DNA of 64,000 bases from contig CAZMVU010000001.1 in the NCBI GenBank assembly GCA_964569295.1, positions 151,368 to 215,367 on the forward strand, given 5' to 3'. The notes below the pieces were generated by a model. That model worked only from the letters and a program-made list of their open reading frames with translations, did no database searches and was not told the origin of the DNA. Source of the DNA: an uncultured Nitrospirales bacterium (GTDB taxonomy: Bacteria; Hydrogenedentota; Hydrogenedentia; Hydrogenedentales; JAGMZX01). Position numbers and translations under genes: made by a program. Shown here one piece after another: positions 1 through 10,428 of this stretch; position 1 is the first letter of the stretch; each line of letters begins with the position of its first letter.

Positions 1-329
1 TTGCGCACAGAAGGTTCATCGTCAATGATTAGAATTCTAGCCACGTGAGCCATTCCCCAGGGTGCCAACAAACAATATCCATGGCCCGATTGTAGCGTGT
101 ATGCAGGCCAAAAGGGAAACCGGGGGGATGCGCCGGGAATGAACTGGCAACTCCCAAAAATTTAACCCCCCAAAAGGGCGCCGCGGGCAGGTCCGCACAA
201 GCGGTTGCGCCACGACGCCCCAGGGGGGATTGGGGCGGGGTTCACTAGCCTGGCAACTGCCCTCGACCACGCGTAGGCCTGAAGGCACACTGCCAAGCTT
301 GCAAAAGTCGTCTTCAAATGTATCGGCGC

Positions 330-785
330 CTAGCCTGCACCGGTGGGATCTGGCAGCGGATGTTCCGAAGGCGCCCGCAGAAACGCCGTCACTTCGTTGC
401 CCTTCTTGTTGAATTCCAGCCGATCAGCGTATGCATTGATGAGCTTATAGCCGCGATGTTCAAGTTCTCCCGGCTGTTCCGGAAGACGCAGGTCCAGGAT
501 GTGGTAGTTGAACCCTTCGCCGGCGTCGCGGACGGTAACGCTGACCATGCCGGGGTGGCTTGCATCAATGCGGCACCACACGCGTTGGGCGGCGTCTTCC
601 TCGTTGCCGTGCACAATCGCATTTTTAAGTAATTCCCGCAGCACGATACTGATGTGGTGTGGATGCACGCCGAACCGGCTGCTGAAAGCGATGGCGCTAC
701 GCAGAACCTCCCCTGCCAGATTATGCTCGGATATGAATGCGAATTCGAGCGCGGAGGCCTCTTCTTTGCATTCAAGTGGAGCCAT
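330..785 (-). CDS. GHKL/HATPase_c anti-sigma regulatory factor-like serine kinase (RsbW/SpoIIAB-like). The ORF track shows 330..1046; I trimmed to the internal Met 'MAPLECKEE'.
   Basis: Translation carries HATPase_c motifs (ELLKNAIVHGNEED ... VSVTVRDAGEGF). Size is about 150 aa from the chosen Met. It lies downstream, on the same strand, of the HK/NtrC pair. The start choice is uncertain. Confidence 0.5.
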   Translation of the reverse strand: MAPLECKEEASALEFAFISEHNLAGEVLRSAIAFSSRFGVHPHHISIVLRELLKNAIVHGNEEDAAQRVWCRIDASHPGMVSVTVRDAGEGFNYHILDLRLPEQPGELEHRGYKLINAYADRLEFNKKGNEVTAFLRAPSEHPLPDPTGAG

Positions 786-1103
786 GTCATCGCCACTTTC
801 ACCAGTCCGGCGTACACCTGCTACCCCTTCATTCCCGACCATGCCTTGGCCAGCGTGGGTAGTTCCGTTCATCAAGCCCACGTCGCAATCGCCACATGAA
901 GGAGCAAGCGCAATGCCAGTTCGCGTAATGTTGTGCAAGACATTGCAGCACAATAGCTTGTAAAAGGATGTCAGCAGCAGATTCAGCGAGAAAGGGTGTG
1001 CGGAATTTGACCACCGGAAGCGCTTTTGTGTTGTAAGACATTGCAAAACAATTAGTTACATACTGAAATTCAATGTGCACTGTCCAAATAGTGACCACCC
1101 CTT

Positions 1104-2516
1104 TCAGGTATCTTCCTCCGAAGGGGCCGCGCGCAGGCGGTTGTTGAGGGTGGTGCGCGAGATACCCAGCATTTCCGCCGCAAGGGTCTTGTTGCCTTTC
1201 GTACGCGCCACGGCCTCGTTGATGAGCCGATCAGTCGTTTCCTGCAGGGTGGGCAGGGTATCGCCGAATACGATGCCGTCGGTGGCGTTTGTATGAGGGG
1301 GCACTTGCGGCAGGTCTCGCTTGATATACGTTTTGAAGGATTCCATCGAGAGGACGCGCGCCTGGTGCCGGCTGACCGCGTCGAAGATCATGGCATCGAG
1401 CTCACGTACGTTGCCGGGGAAGTCATACAACTCGAGCAATGTGAGCAGCTCGGCCGGAGGGGTGGGCTTGCGTTTGCCCAACGATTCGGCCGCCTTGGCG
1501 AGGAAGTGGCCGACGAGCAGCGGCAAATCCTCCGTACGCTCGCGCAGCGGCGGCAGATGAATATGGTGTGTGGTAAGGCGGTAGTACAAATCCCGGCGGA
1601 AGTGGCGGCGTTTGCGCAGGATGTCTGGCGAGAGGTTGGTGGCCACCACGATGCGCGCGTCGGTGCGCTTGGGGGTGTCCGATCCGAGAGCGAGGTATTC
1701 GCGCGTTTCAATCAGGCGCAGCAGTTTTGTTTGCGAGGAGAGGTTGAGGTCGCCGATTTCATCCAGCAGCAGGGTGCCCCCAGCAGCCTTTTCGATAATG
1801 CCAGGCCGGGGAGACTCCGCGCCGGTGAACGCGCCTTTCCGGTGGCCGAACAGCGTGTCGGAGAACATGTTGTCATCGAGCCCTGCTACATTCACGGCGA
1901 CAAACGGGCCGGTCCGCTGGCTGGCGGCATGGATAGCCTGCGCCATGAGTTCTTTCCCGGTGCCGGTTTCACCTGTGATGAGTACCGGCCGTGTCGACGG
2001 GGCGATGGTCTCCGCGTACTCGAAGATACGGCGCATGGCAGGCGACTGGGTGACAATGTTGGCGAACGCTTCGGGATGATGGAGTGTGCGGGACAGCAAC
2101 TGCTCGGACACGCGGGCGTATTCGCGGCGTAACTCGCGCAGTTCGAGCGCACGGTGCACGGAGGCCATGAGGCGGGCGTTTTCGGCGGGCTTGACGATGT
2201 AATCGAAGGCGCCCGCGCGCACACAGCGCACGGCCGTGTCCACGTCGTTGGCGCCGGTGAAGACGATGACGGGCATATCCGGGTATTCCTGCATACAGAT
2301 TTCCAGAAGCTTTTCCCCTGGGACGTTGGGCATCCAGAGGTCAAGCAGCATAACCCCGATTTCGTGTTGCTGGAGCACACCGGGGACGTCACGGCTGTCA
2401 TTGAGGGCGATGACATTCTCGATGCCGCCGGCGTTCAGGATGGTCTCGAGACTTTCGGTGACGTGTTGTTCGTCGTCGACAAGCAAAACGGGCAGGTCGG
2501 TGAAGGGTGCGGTCAT
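1104..2516 (-). CDS. Sigma54-dependent response regulator (NtrC family): REC + AAA+ sigma54-activator + Fis-type HTH
   Basis: REC domain (LLVDDE ... LLDLWMP), Walker A GETGTGKE, GAFTGA sigma54-contact motif, and a C-terminal HTH (LAAEMLGISRTTLNNRL). The start ATG at 2516 overlaps the upstream kinase stop by 4 bp (ATGA). The ORF-track N-terminal extension to 2831 lies inside the kinase gene and was rejected. Confidence 0.9.
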   Translation of the reverse strand: MTAPFTDLPVLLVDDEQHVTESLETILNAGGIENVIALNDSRDVPGVLQQHEIGVMLLDLWMPNVPGEKLLEICMQEYPDMPVIVFTGANDVDTAVRCVRAGAFDYIVKPAENARLMASVHRALELRELRREYARVSEQLLSRTLHHPEAFANIVTQSPAMRRIFEYAETIAPSTRPVLITGETGTGKELMAQAIHAASQRTGPFVAVNVAGLDDNMFSDTLFGHRKGAFTGAESPRPGIIEKAAGGTLLLDEIGDLNLSSQTKLLRLIETREYLALGSDTPKRTDARIVVATNLSPDILRKRRHFRRDLYYRLTTHHIHLPPLRERTEDLPLLVGHFLAKAAESLGKRKPTPPAELLTLLELYDFPGNVRELDAMIFDAVSRHQARVLSMESFKTYIKRDLPQVPPHTNATDGIVFGDTLPTLQETTDRLINEAVARTKGNKTLAAEMLGISRTTLNNRLRAAPSEEDT

Positions 2517-5500
2517 GATGCGGCGCTTTCCTGGTCGTGGCTGTTCCCATGTGCGGGCAGGTGTACGTCGACCGTGGTGCCCTTGCCGGGGATGGAACGG
2601 AAGTGCATAGCGCCCTTGTGGGCATTGATAATAGTTGCGCAGATAGACAGGCCGAGTCCTGTCCCTCCGCTGTCGCGCTTGGTGGTGAAAAAGGGATCGG
2701 TAATACGGGGCAGCAGGTCCGCCGTGATGCCGCTGCCTTCGTCGGTGATGGAGAGGATAACCTCGCCGGTGTCTTGGGTGTAGCGCGCGGCGATCTGTAT
2801 GGCGCGGCTGGGATCGGGCAAAGCCTGGCACGCGTTTTGTATGAGATTGATGGTCACTTGCTCGAGCCGGCGAAAGCTGCCACGTACAGGCGGGAGGTTT
2901 TGCGGACTATCGCGCACAAAATGGCGTGTAGACCGCTTGATCATGTTATGCAGGAGCGTGGTGGCGGAGTCGAGCACTTCATCGATGTCGACGGGCTCGA
3001 TGAACCCGTCCGGTTCCTGTTGGGCGAAGCCGCGTAGCTCCTGCACGGTGACGCTGATCCGCTGGGCGCCGTCGCGCATGCTGTCGATGAGGCGGGGCAC
3101 GCGGTCGCGCATTTTGCTGTAGGGCACGCCGCCAAGCAGGAAGTCGCCGTTCTCTTCATGGTATTCCTCGAGCACGGGGCGAATACCCTCCCACACGTCG
3201 TGCAGCGAGGTGATATTCGAGAGGATGAACGCATTCGGGTTGTTGATTTCGTGGGCCACGCCGGAGACCAGGATCCCGAGAGAGGCCATCTTGTCGGCCT
3301 GGATGAGTTGCTGCTCGCGCAGCTTGGCCGCCTGCTCGGCGCGGCGCTGATCCGTAATGTCCGCGCCCGAACTCAATACGCCGGCAATAGCGCCGGCCTC
3401 ATTGCGCAGCACGCTGTTGCGCCATGCGATGATGCGTTCCTCGCCGCTGCGGGTAAACACGGGGTTTTCATGCGCCTCCATCTGTTCAAATTCTCCGCGC
3501 AGCAATTCCTGAAATAGTGTGCGCATTGACTGGCGCAAGCGCAGGGGCAGGCAGGTGTCGATGTAGTTCGCGCCGAGAAGCTCGTGTTCCTCATAGCCGA
3601 GTATCTGGCATCCCTTGCGGTTGATGAGGGTGATCCGCTGGTCGGCGTCGATGGCGATCATCATGACGCCAGCAATATCGAGATAATGTTGGGCGCGCTC
3701 GGTTTCATGGCGCAGGGCGGCGGCGGCGCGTTTGCGCTCGGTAATATCCTGCAGCGTGCCTATCAGGCCGATGTGCCTCCCGTCATCGTCGCTGAGGTAT
3801 TCGGTGTCGGCGGTAATGTGGCGTGTCTCGCCATTTCTTATGATGCGGAATTCGCTGGCGATGGGCTTGTGGGTGGTGCGCAGTTGCCGCACCTGACGCC
3901 GCACCTTCTCATAATCGCCGGGATGGATCGCGTTGAAAAAGTATTGCTTATAGTTGCCGTCGAAGGTGTTCCTGTCTACACCGAAGATACGGTATATCTC
4001 CTCTGACCAGGTGATTTCCCTTGTAGCGAAATCCCAGCGCCAATTGCCTATTCGTGCAATCTTCTGGGCGCGGGCCAGATCGCGCTGGCTATGGCGCAGG
4101 GCGACTTCCGTGGCACGGCGCATGGTGATGTCGCATGCGATGCAAGAAGCGCCGGTAATGCTGTTGGCGGCGTCGCGAATGGGAGATAGGGTAAACGAGA
4201 GATCCATGGGGGCGCCGCTACGGTGTCGGCAGGCGATCTCGATATGGCGCAGGGTTTGACCGCGCAGTACCCGCTTCAGAACGTCGGCCATGTCCGGGCT
4301 GCCCTCGCACAACGTGGCCAGCGGTTTACCAAGCGCTTCGTGGCGGGGGTAGCCGTAGATGTGGCATGCACCCGCGTTCCAACTGGTGACGCGGCCCGCG
4401 CAATCCAACCCGATGATGGCGTCGTCCGAGTTTTCAACAACAGCCGTCACATGTTCGTGCAACTCATCGGTCTGCTTGCGTTTGGAAATGTCCGTAAAAA
4501 TGCCGATCATGCGGGTGGGGTTGCCTTCGGAATCGCGCCAGGCCACACGGCCTACCAGCAGAATCCAGAAGTACGTGCCCCCGGCGCCGCGCACGCGCAC
4601 TTCCTCGGACAAACTGACGCGCGATCCGTCCAGGTTTTCCTGCACGGCCTCGAGCACACGCGGCGCGTCATCGGGATGGAGCGTATCCCGCCAGTTATCA
4701 ATTTGATCCAGGGTTTCGTCAAGATCCTCAAATTCGCGTCGGGCGAACCATTCCCGTCCGAGGATGACGCGATCCGTCATGGGGAACCAGTCCCACACGC
4801 CCACCTCACCGGCCCGAAGCGCCAGTTCGAGCCGTTCATTGGTCTCGCGCAGGGCGTGGCGGTGCTGCCGTAGCCGGTACCAGCTCTGAAACGTGTAGAG
4901 CAGGAGGGCGGTGGCGATGAGGGAAAGTAGGATATTGATGGCCAGGCGCTCGGTGTTCTCCCAGCGCATTTGCTGGAAAAGTGCCGGATTGACGTGTCGC
5001 GCGGTCGCGATCCAGGTTCCGCCCAATAAAGTGAATTTACGGGTGGTGGCCCATTGACGGGCGTGTGTGTCGGCGGGAATCGCCGTGCTGAAGCGCGGGC
5101 CGCCAGGCACCTTGAGGCTGAGGCTGAATTGTTGGTTGCGGAAATCCTGGGAGATGTTGGCGACGATACGCTCGATGTCAAGCAGCATGGTAAGGTTGCG
5201 GTTGCCCAGTTCGGAATCCGTTGAGTCGAAATGGAGCGCAAACACACGCTCATCGAATGGCATGGGGGCGCAAATAGCAAATGGCGTGTCGCCCTGCCCG
5301 GCATTTTCCGGGGGATGGCAACGGGGCAGGGTGATTTCGGCGAAATCCGGGGGGGTTATTTCGAGTAGCTCCCCGGCGTCATCCCGCAGGATGATGGCGC
5401 GGCAGGCGGACCGCTCCTGTTGCATGACCTTTGCGCGGTGGCGGTAGAGCGAAAGATTGTGGGCGGCGTTGTGGCGCGTGAGGACGGTGCCCAGATAGCT

Positions 5501-5752
5501 GAGGTCGCGTTGGCACCCTTCCATGTAATGATCGAATTGGATGGAGAAGTGCTGTGCCGCTTCCTCGGTTTCGTTCTTGATCAATTGCTGGAGCAAGTCC
5601 TTCGCGGTCAGCCAGGAGAGCAGGTTACCGCTCAGCAGTAGGGCGAACATGCCGATTCCAAGCGCCCAGAGGCCGGCCCGCAACAGCAGGGTGGTTCGTG
5701 CTTTCGGCCGCAACGCCATGATGGACAGCTCCTCTGGCCGCCTGTGCGACAT
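2513..5752 (-). CDS. Multi-PAS sensor histidine kinase (membrane-anchored, HisKA + HATPase_c)
   Basis: N-terminal hydrophobic segment, several PAS-like blocks, and an H-box (LVSGVAHEINNP). C-terminal G1/G2 boxes (GTGLGLSI). Translationally coupled to the NtrC-like gene. Confidence 0.85.
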   Translation of the reverse strand: MSHRRPEELSIMALRPKARTTLLLRAGLWALGIGMFALLLSGNLLSWLTAKDLLQQLIKNETEEAAQHFSIQFDHYMEGCQRDLSYLGTVLTRHNAAHNLSLYRHRAKVMQQERSACRAIILRDDAGELLEITPPDFAEITLPRCHPPENAGQGDTPFAICAPMPFDERVFALHFDSTDSELGNRNLTMLLDIERIVANISQDFRNQQFSLSLKVPGGPRFSTAIPADTHARQWATTRKFTLLGGTWIATARHVNPALFQQMRWENTERLAINILLSLIATALLLYTFQSWYRLRQHRHALRETNERLELALRAGEVGVWDWFPMTDRVILGREWFARREFEDLDETLDQIDNWRDTLHPDDAPRVLEAVQENLDGSRVSLSEEVRVRGAGGTYFWILLVGRVAWRDSEGNPTRMIGIFTDISKRKQTDELHEHVTAVVENSDDAIIGLDCAGRVTSWNAGACHIYGYPRHEALGKPLATLCEGSPDMADVLKRVLRGQTLRHIEIACRHRSGAPMDLSFTLSPIRDAANSITGASCIACDITMRRATEVALRHSQRDLARAQKIARIGNWRWDFATREITWSEEIYRIFGVDRNTFDGNYKQYFFNAIHPGDYEKVRRQVRQLRTTHKPIASEFRIIRNGETRHITADTEYLSDDDGRHIGLIGTLQDITERKRAAAALRHETERAQHYLDIAGVMMIAIDADQRITLINRKGCQILGYEEHELLGANYIDTCLPLRLRQSMRTLFQELLRGEFEQMEAHENPVFTRSGEERIIAWRNSVLRNEAGAIAGVLSSGADITDQRRAEQAAKLREQQLIQADKMASLGILVSGVAHEINNPNAFILSNITSLHDVWEGIRPVLEEYHEENGDFLLGGVPYSKMRDRVPRLIDSMRDGAQRISVTVQELRGFAQQEPDGFIEPVDIDEVLDSATTLLHNMIKRSTRHFVRDSPQNLPPVRGSFRRLEQVTINLIQNACQALPDPSRAIQIAARYTQDTGEVILSITDEGSGITADLLPRITDPFFTTKRDSGGTGLGLSICATIINAHKGAMHFRSIPGKGTTVDVHLPAHGNSHDQESAAS

Positions 5753-5846
5753 GAGGCACCAACGGCGGCTGGGCCTCAGTATAATGCACGTTGCCCTGCT
5801 GGCGAAACGGTGCGCCCGTTGTGCCGGTCAAACCCGGTGAAGTAGC

Positions 5847-6704
5847 ATGGCGGCGCTCGCACGCCCGAGCCGGCATTTCCTGAATGTCCGCAAGGCAAGC
5901 CGCGCCACGGTGTGCGGGCCTTTGTGCCATGAATGGACGGCCTTGCCGGGCCCGGGAAGTACCGCAAGAATCGAGGCAGCAGTGCAGTGTAGTTTGGTAA
6001 TACCGGCATACAACGAGGCGGACCGCATCGTGGATACGTTGCATGGGGCGATCGGCTATCTCGACGCCGAGCCTTATGACGCGGAAATCATCGTGGTCGA
6101 CGACGGCAGCGATGACGGCACCCGTGCGGCGGTCGAGGGGGTGGGCGCGGCTGGGCGCACGCCGGTAAGGTGCGTGCATTATGCGGCAAACCAAGGCAAA
6201 GGCTTTGCCGTGCGCGAAGGCATGGCGGCGGCCACCGGCGATTACCGTGTGTTCTACGATGCCGACGGATCGACTCCTATCGCGGAATTGGAAAAACTGT
6301 GGCCACGCTTCGAGGCGGGCGCCGATGTCGTGATCGGGTCGCGCTCGCTGCCGGAATCCGACGTGGCTGTGCGGCAGGCCTGGTACCGTGAGTGCATGGG
6401 CAAAGTATTCAACGGCGTATTGCGCCTTCTCGGGCTCACCCGTTTTCGGGACACCCAGTGCGGTTTCAAAGGGTTCACAGCCGCGGCCTGCGCCGTGATA
6501 TTTCCCCGGCAGACAATCATGCACTTCAGCTTTGATGCCGAACTGCTCTATATCGCCCAGCTGCACGGCCTGCGTGTTGACGAGGTTCCCTTGCGCTGGC
6601 TCAACGAGCCGAAGTCACGCGTGCATCCCGTCCGCGATGCTGTGCGTATGTTCTGGGATCTGCTGCGCGTGCGTTGGCGTGCATTGCGCGGCGGTTATGA
6701 TTGA
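5847..6704 (+). CDS. Family 2 glycosyltransferase, dolichyl/polyprenyl-phosphate hexosyltransferase-like
   Basis: GT2 signature (LVIPAYNE ... VVDDGSDDGT ... DADGS). The first roughly 45 aa of the ORF may be an over-extension, and the true start could be internal. Confidence 0.7.
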   Translation: MAALARPSRHFLNVRKASRATVCGPLCHEWTALPGPGSTARIEAAVQCSLVIPAYNEADRIVDTLHGAIGYLDAEPYDAEIIVVDDGSDDGTRAAVEGVGAAGRTPVRCVHYAANQGKGFAVREGMAAATGDYRVFYDADGSTPIAELEKLWPRFEAGADVVIGSRSLPESDVAVRQAWYRECMGKVFNGVLRLLGLTRFRDTQCGFKGFTAAACAVIFPRQTIMHFSFDAELLYIAQLHGLRVDEVPLRWLNEPKSRVHPVRDAVRMFWDLLRVRWRALRGGYD

Positions 6705-7077
6705 GCCGCTCGAGGGCACCGGCCGTCTTGGGCGCCGGGGACAATCACCCCATTTCGGGTTTTGCATGCACCGTATACGTACCACCCGAATTCACTCTTG
6801 CCAAAATACGCTCAGAAAACACACACGCCGGCGTTCATTTTCGGGCTGGATGGGCGCCGCATATTCTCGAGACCGTTACTTTCATGAAGAGACTTGCGTC
6901 CATTTCGTCATGCCTGTGAAAGCAGGCATCCAGAAAAGACGCCGGAAACGCTGTACGACCGGCTCTGGATTCCCGCCTGCGCGGGAATGACCGTTTGTTT
7001 CGATTCTGCAACGGTTTCCGAAAAATTGCCTTGGACAGTAGTGAGCGAGGGAAAATACTGATCACAGGAGTACCACC

Positions 7078-8382
7078 ATGAGTCATTCGGTCAATCGAAG
7101 GCAGTTTCTGGGTGCCGCCGCGGGCACGGCGGCTTTCGGCGTGTTGGGTGCGGGCAAGGCCAACGCACAGCCGGACTCGGTCCGCGTGGGGATTATTGGA
7201 ACGGGGAACCGGGGCACGGCGCTCCTGCGCATCCTGCTCAAGATGGACGGCGTGCAGGTACCGGCCATCTGCGACATCGACACCAAGGTGGTGGAGCGCG
7301 CGGTGGGGCTCATCAGCGAGGCCGGCCAGCCCGCGCCGAAAACCTACACCCGCGACGAGCACCACTACAAGGACCTATGCACCCGCGACGATCTCGATGC
7401 GGTCATCGTCGCAACCCCGTGGCAGTGGCACGCACCCATGGCCGTCGACGCGATGAAGGCCGGCAAGTATGCCGGGGTCGAAGTGCCCGCAGCGATTACC
7501 GTGGACGAGTGTTGGCAGCTCGTCGACACCTCGGAGGAGACCGGCGTGCCCTGCATGATGCTCGAGAACTGGAGCTTCCGGCGCGACAACCTCGCCGTGC
7601 TGAACATGGTGCGCGAGGGGCTCTTCGGTGAGATCATGCACACCCAGGGCTGCTATGGCCATGATTGCCGCCATTGGTTCTTCAGCAGCGACGGATCGAA
7701 CCGCTGGCCCGGCGGCTTCATGGCAAAACGCAATTGCGACCAGTATCCCACGCACGGCGAGGGACCGATCCTTTCATGGATGGACATCAACTGCGGCGAT
7801 GCGTTCGATTACGTCACCAGCACCGCCACAGCGCAGCGCGGTATCCACGCCTGGTTCAAGGAAAATCTCGGCCCCGACCACCCGAAGGCACAGGAAGATT
7901 GGCCCCAGGGCGATATGGTCCATACTATCGTGCGCACGAAGCAGGGCAAGAGCATCGCCATCGTCGGGGACATGCAGCTCCCCCGCCCCTACGACAACCG
8001 CTGGCTCCTGCAAGGGACCGGCGGCATCTACAGCCACGAGCACGACGCCGTGTTCATCGCCGGCCGGAGTCCAAAGGACCACGAGTGGGAACCCTTCCCG
8101 CCGTACATCGATGAGTTCGACCACGTCTGGTGGCGCACCATGGGTGAGAAGGCCATGGCAGCCGGCCACGGCGGCACGGACTACATCGAGTTGAAACTTT
8201 TCCTCGACGCGGTGCGTCACAAGACACAGCCGCCTATTGACGTGTACGACTCGGCCACCATGAGCAGTATTGTGGGCTTGTCCGAGGCGTCGATTGCGAA
8301 GGGCAGCGCCCCGGTGGACTGTCCCGATTTCACACGCGGCAAGTGGCAGACGCGAAAGCCGGCCTTCGGCTTACAGGCTTGA
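7078..8382 (+). CDS. TAT-secreted Gfo/Idh/MocA-family NAD-dependent oxidoreductase (GH109-like)
   Basis: Twin-arginine signal (RRQFLGAAAGTAAFG) and a Rossmann GIIGTGNRG motif. The GGAG-like RBS is 'acaggag' upstream of the ATG at 7078. Confidence 0.8.
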   Translation: MSHSVNRRQFLGAAAGTAAFGVLGAGKANAQPDSVRVGIIGTGNRGTALLRILLKMDGVQVPAICDIDTKVVERAVGLISEAGQPAPKTYTRDEHHYKDLCTRDDLDAVIVATPWQWHAPMAVDAMKAGKYAGVEVPAAITVDECWQLVDTSEETGVPCMMLENWSFRRDNLAVLNMVREGLFGEIMHTQGCYGHDCRHWFFSSDGSNRWPGGFMAKRNCDQYPTHGEGPILSWMDINCGDAFDYVTSTATAQRGIHAWFKENLGPDHPKAQEDWPQGDMVHTIVRTKQGKSIAIVGDMQLPRPYDNRWLLQGTGGIYSHEHDAVFIAGRSPKDHEWEPFPPYIDEFDHVWWRTMGEKAMAAGHGGTDYIELKLFLDAVRHKTQPPIDVYDSATMSSIVGLSEASIAKGSAPVDCPDFTRGKWQTRKPAFGLQA

Positions 8383-8404
8383 AGCCAGCGGAGAAAAGAA
8401 GTTC

Positions 8405-9463
8405 ATGGAAGAGCATAAATCGGGCCGTGGCTTCTTCAAGCGCATGGTATTGGGCTGCGGTGTGTTGGTTTTGCTGGCGCCGCTCCTGTTTGTGCTGACG
8501 GCATGCGTACTGGCGTTGTTCAATGGCCGCGTGGGCGCGCCCACCGACTACAGCGCCAGCCGCTTACTCGAGGAACCGCCACCGTCTCTCAGCGAACCGC
8601 TCACGCTCAAGATTGTCACCTACAACATCGCCAGCGCGTATGGGTTTACCACGAACCGCCCCGAGCGGATGCGCGCCATCGCCGACGTGCTCACCAAACT
8701 CGACCCGGACATCGTTGGGTTTCAGGAAGCCTTTGTCAAAAATGATCGTGCGCTGCTCCTGGATGAATTGAGCGGGTCGCGCTTGCAGCATTTTGTCCAG
8801 TTTCCGAGCGGAACCGTGGGCAACGGCCTGCTCATCGCGAGCGCCTGGCCCATTGTCGAGCACTACTTCCACCGTTTTGAACAAAGCAACCCCTGGTACA
8901 AACTCTGGGAAGGCGATTGGTGGGCCGGCAAGGGCGTGGGGCTTGCGCGCATCGAGCTTCCCGGCGGCGCCGTTGTCGATGTCTATAACACCCACGCCCA
9001 GGCGGGCCGCCGGCACCCCACAGGCTACCGCGAAGTGCGTACCTCGCAAATGCAGGGCCTCAGCCGCTTTGTGGCGGAAACTGCCACCGGCAGCGGTCCG
9101 GCTTTTGTCGTGGGCGATTTTAACACGAAACCGGACCGGGACGACCTGCAATTGGCTATCAACAGGCTGAACCTCGAACGAGTCATGAGTATCGATTCCG
9201 GCATTGACCATATCTTTGCGGTGTCAAACCCGCAGTACCGGTTCGAAGTGCTCGATACCCAGGTGATCAAGGGCAAGGTGCAAGGGTCAAAGGGCCATGT
9301 TTTCCTCGCGCGGCCGCCCACATTGAAGGAAGCGCGCAGCATCTACTTTGGCCCCGGCGAAATGACCATCCTCAGCGACCACTCGGGTTTCATGTCTACC
9401 GTGCGCATTGTACCCCAAGGCGCCGGCCCGAAGGCCCCCCAAGCGCTCCACGCAGAAAACTGA
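8405..9463 (+). CDS. Endonuclease/exonuclease/phosphatase (EEP) family protein with an N-terminal TM anchor
   Basis: EEP N-terminal motif (IVTYNIASAYG ... GFQEAF) and a hydrophobic N-terminus. Start chosen at the ATG at 8405 (MEEHKSG). The upstream ORF extension overlaps the previous gene. Confidence 0.7.
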   Translation: MEEHKSGRGFFKRMVLGCGVLVLLAPLLFVLTACVLALFNGRVGAPTDYSASRLLEEPPPSLSEPLTLKIVTYNIASAYGFTTNRPERMRAIADVLTKLDPDIVGFQEAFVKNDRALLLDELSGSRLQHFVQFPSGTVGNGLLIASAWPIVEHYFHRFEQSNPWYKLWEGDWWAGKGVGLARIELPGGAVVDVYNTHAQAGRRHPTGYREVRTSQMQGLSRFVAETATGSGPAFVVGDFNTKPDRDDLQLAINRLNLERVMSIDSGIDHIFAVSNPQYRFEVLDTQVIKGKVQGSKGHVFLARPPTLKEARSIYFGPGEMTILSDHSGFMSTVRIVPQGAGPKAPQALHAEN

Positions 9464-9765
9464 CACACGACCAGCACTCCGGCCAGAAACGAACGCTGGG
9501 CGTGGCCGTGCCCTTTGCCGCGCTGAAATGCCGGCTTTCACGCGCAAAGCGGGGACCGAGACCAAGCGGGGGCTGCAAGCGCCGGGCTGGCTGGCTGCCT
9601 GGTCATGGGGCCGATATGTATGCGGTCGCTCTCCCTGCCAATGCGCATATCACCGCACCTGCCGTTCCCCGATACTGCTTGATTTCGTGTTGCCTGAGTT
9701 GTTAGCGTAACCTGTGTTTTCGCAGAAATCGAATCCACGTCGAATGTCACAATGGAGAGCTTACA

Positions 9766-10419
9766 ATGACAGAATCTAATCCCCGCGTAGCATTGCCGGT
9801 CGGCGAGCTGCTCGGTAAGGCATGGGCGATTTTCTCAGGCAACGTGGCGCCTTTTCTGGGCGGCGTGGTCATTACGGGGATCATCGTGGCGCTGGGTAAC
9901 CAACTCTTGTACATCGTCGGTTCTCTGCTCGCGGGACCCTTGGCGCTCGGCCTCTACAAGATGGCCCTCGACGCACTGCGCGGGCGCACCCCCATCCTCA
10001 GCGACCTCTTCGTTGCGTTTCAGGACCCCAACCTGTTCATTATGGCGCTGCTCGTCAATGTGCTGGTGTCGCTCTTCTCCCTGATCGGCTTTATCTTGTT
10101 GATCGTGCCCGGTATTCTGGTGGCGGCCTTGTATCTGCCGACGTTCTGCGTGCTCGTGGACGACAAGTCCGACTTCTGGACCGCCATGGAAACCTCGCGC
10201 AAAATGGTGATGGACAATTTCGGCGCGTGGGTTATCTTCACCCTTGCCCTCATCGGGGTAAATCTGGTCGGCTTCCTGCTACTCATCGTGGGCCTACTGG
10301 TGACCATGCCGGTCTCAATAATCGCTGTGGCCGAGGCCTACCGCCGCCAGCGCGGCGACACCGTGACCGTGGCTGCGCAAGGCGTGGACACAGCGCCGCC
10401 GCCCCCGCCTGGGGAGTGA
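9766..10419 (+). CDS. DUF975-like polytopic membrane protein
   Basis: About 6 hydrophobic segments. Conserved DUF975-like blocks (LxxRGxxxxxSDLF, LLIVPGI, SRKMxxxxxG) recalled from memory. A GGAGAG RBS is present. Confidence 0.55.
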   Translation: MTESNPRVALPVGELLGKAWAIFSGNVAPFLGGVVITGIIVALGNQLLYIVGSLLAGPLALGLYKMALDALRGRTPILSDLFVAFQDPNLFIMALLVNVLVSLFSLIGFILLIVPGILVAALYLPTFCVLVDDKSDFWTAMETSRKMVMDNFGAWVIFTLALIGVNLVGFLLLIVGLLVTMPVSIIAVAEAYRRQRGDTVTVAAQGVDTAPPPPPGE

Positions 10420-10428
10420 TGTAGGGCA

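Noticed and set aside
960-1103. A sigma54 promoter candidate upstream of the RsbW-like gene (minus-strand TGGTCAaattccGCA)
   Set aside because: The GG-GC spacing is 9 nt rather than the canonical 10. It is not convincing without a computational scan.
2517-2831. N-terminal 105-codon extension of the NtrC-like ORF
   Set aside because: It lies within the C-terminal coding region of the upstream kinase gene in another frame. Response-regulator homology starts at the ATG at 2516.
6909-6930. Hairpin atgcctg-tgaaag-caggcat downstream of the GT2 gene, as a possible terminator
   Set aside because: No U-tract follows it on either strand and its position is ambiguous. I am not confident enough to call it a feature.
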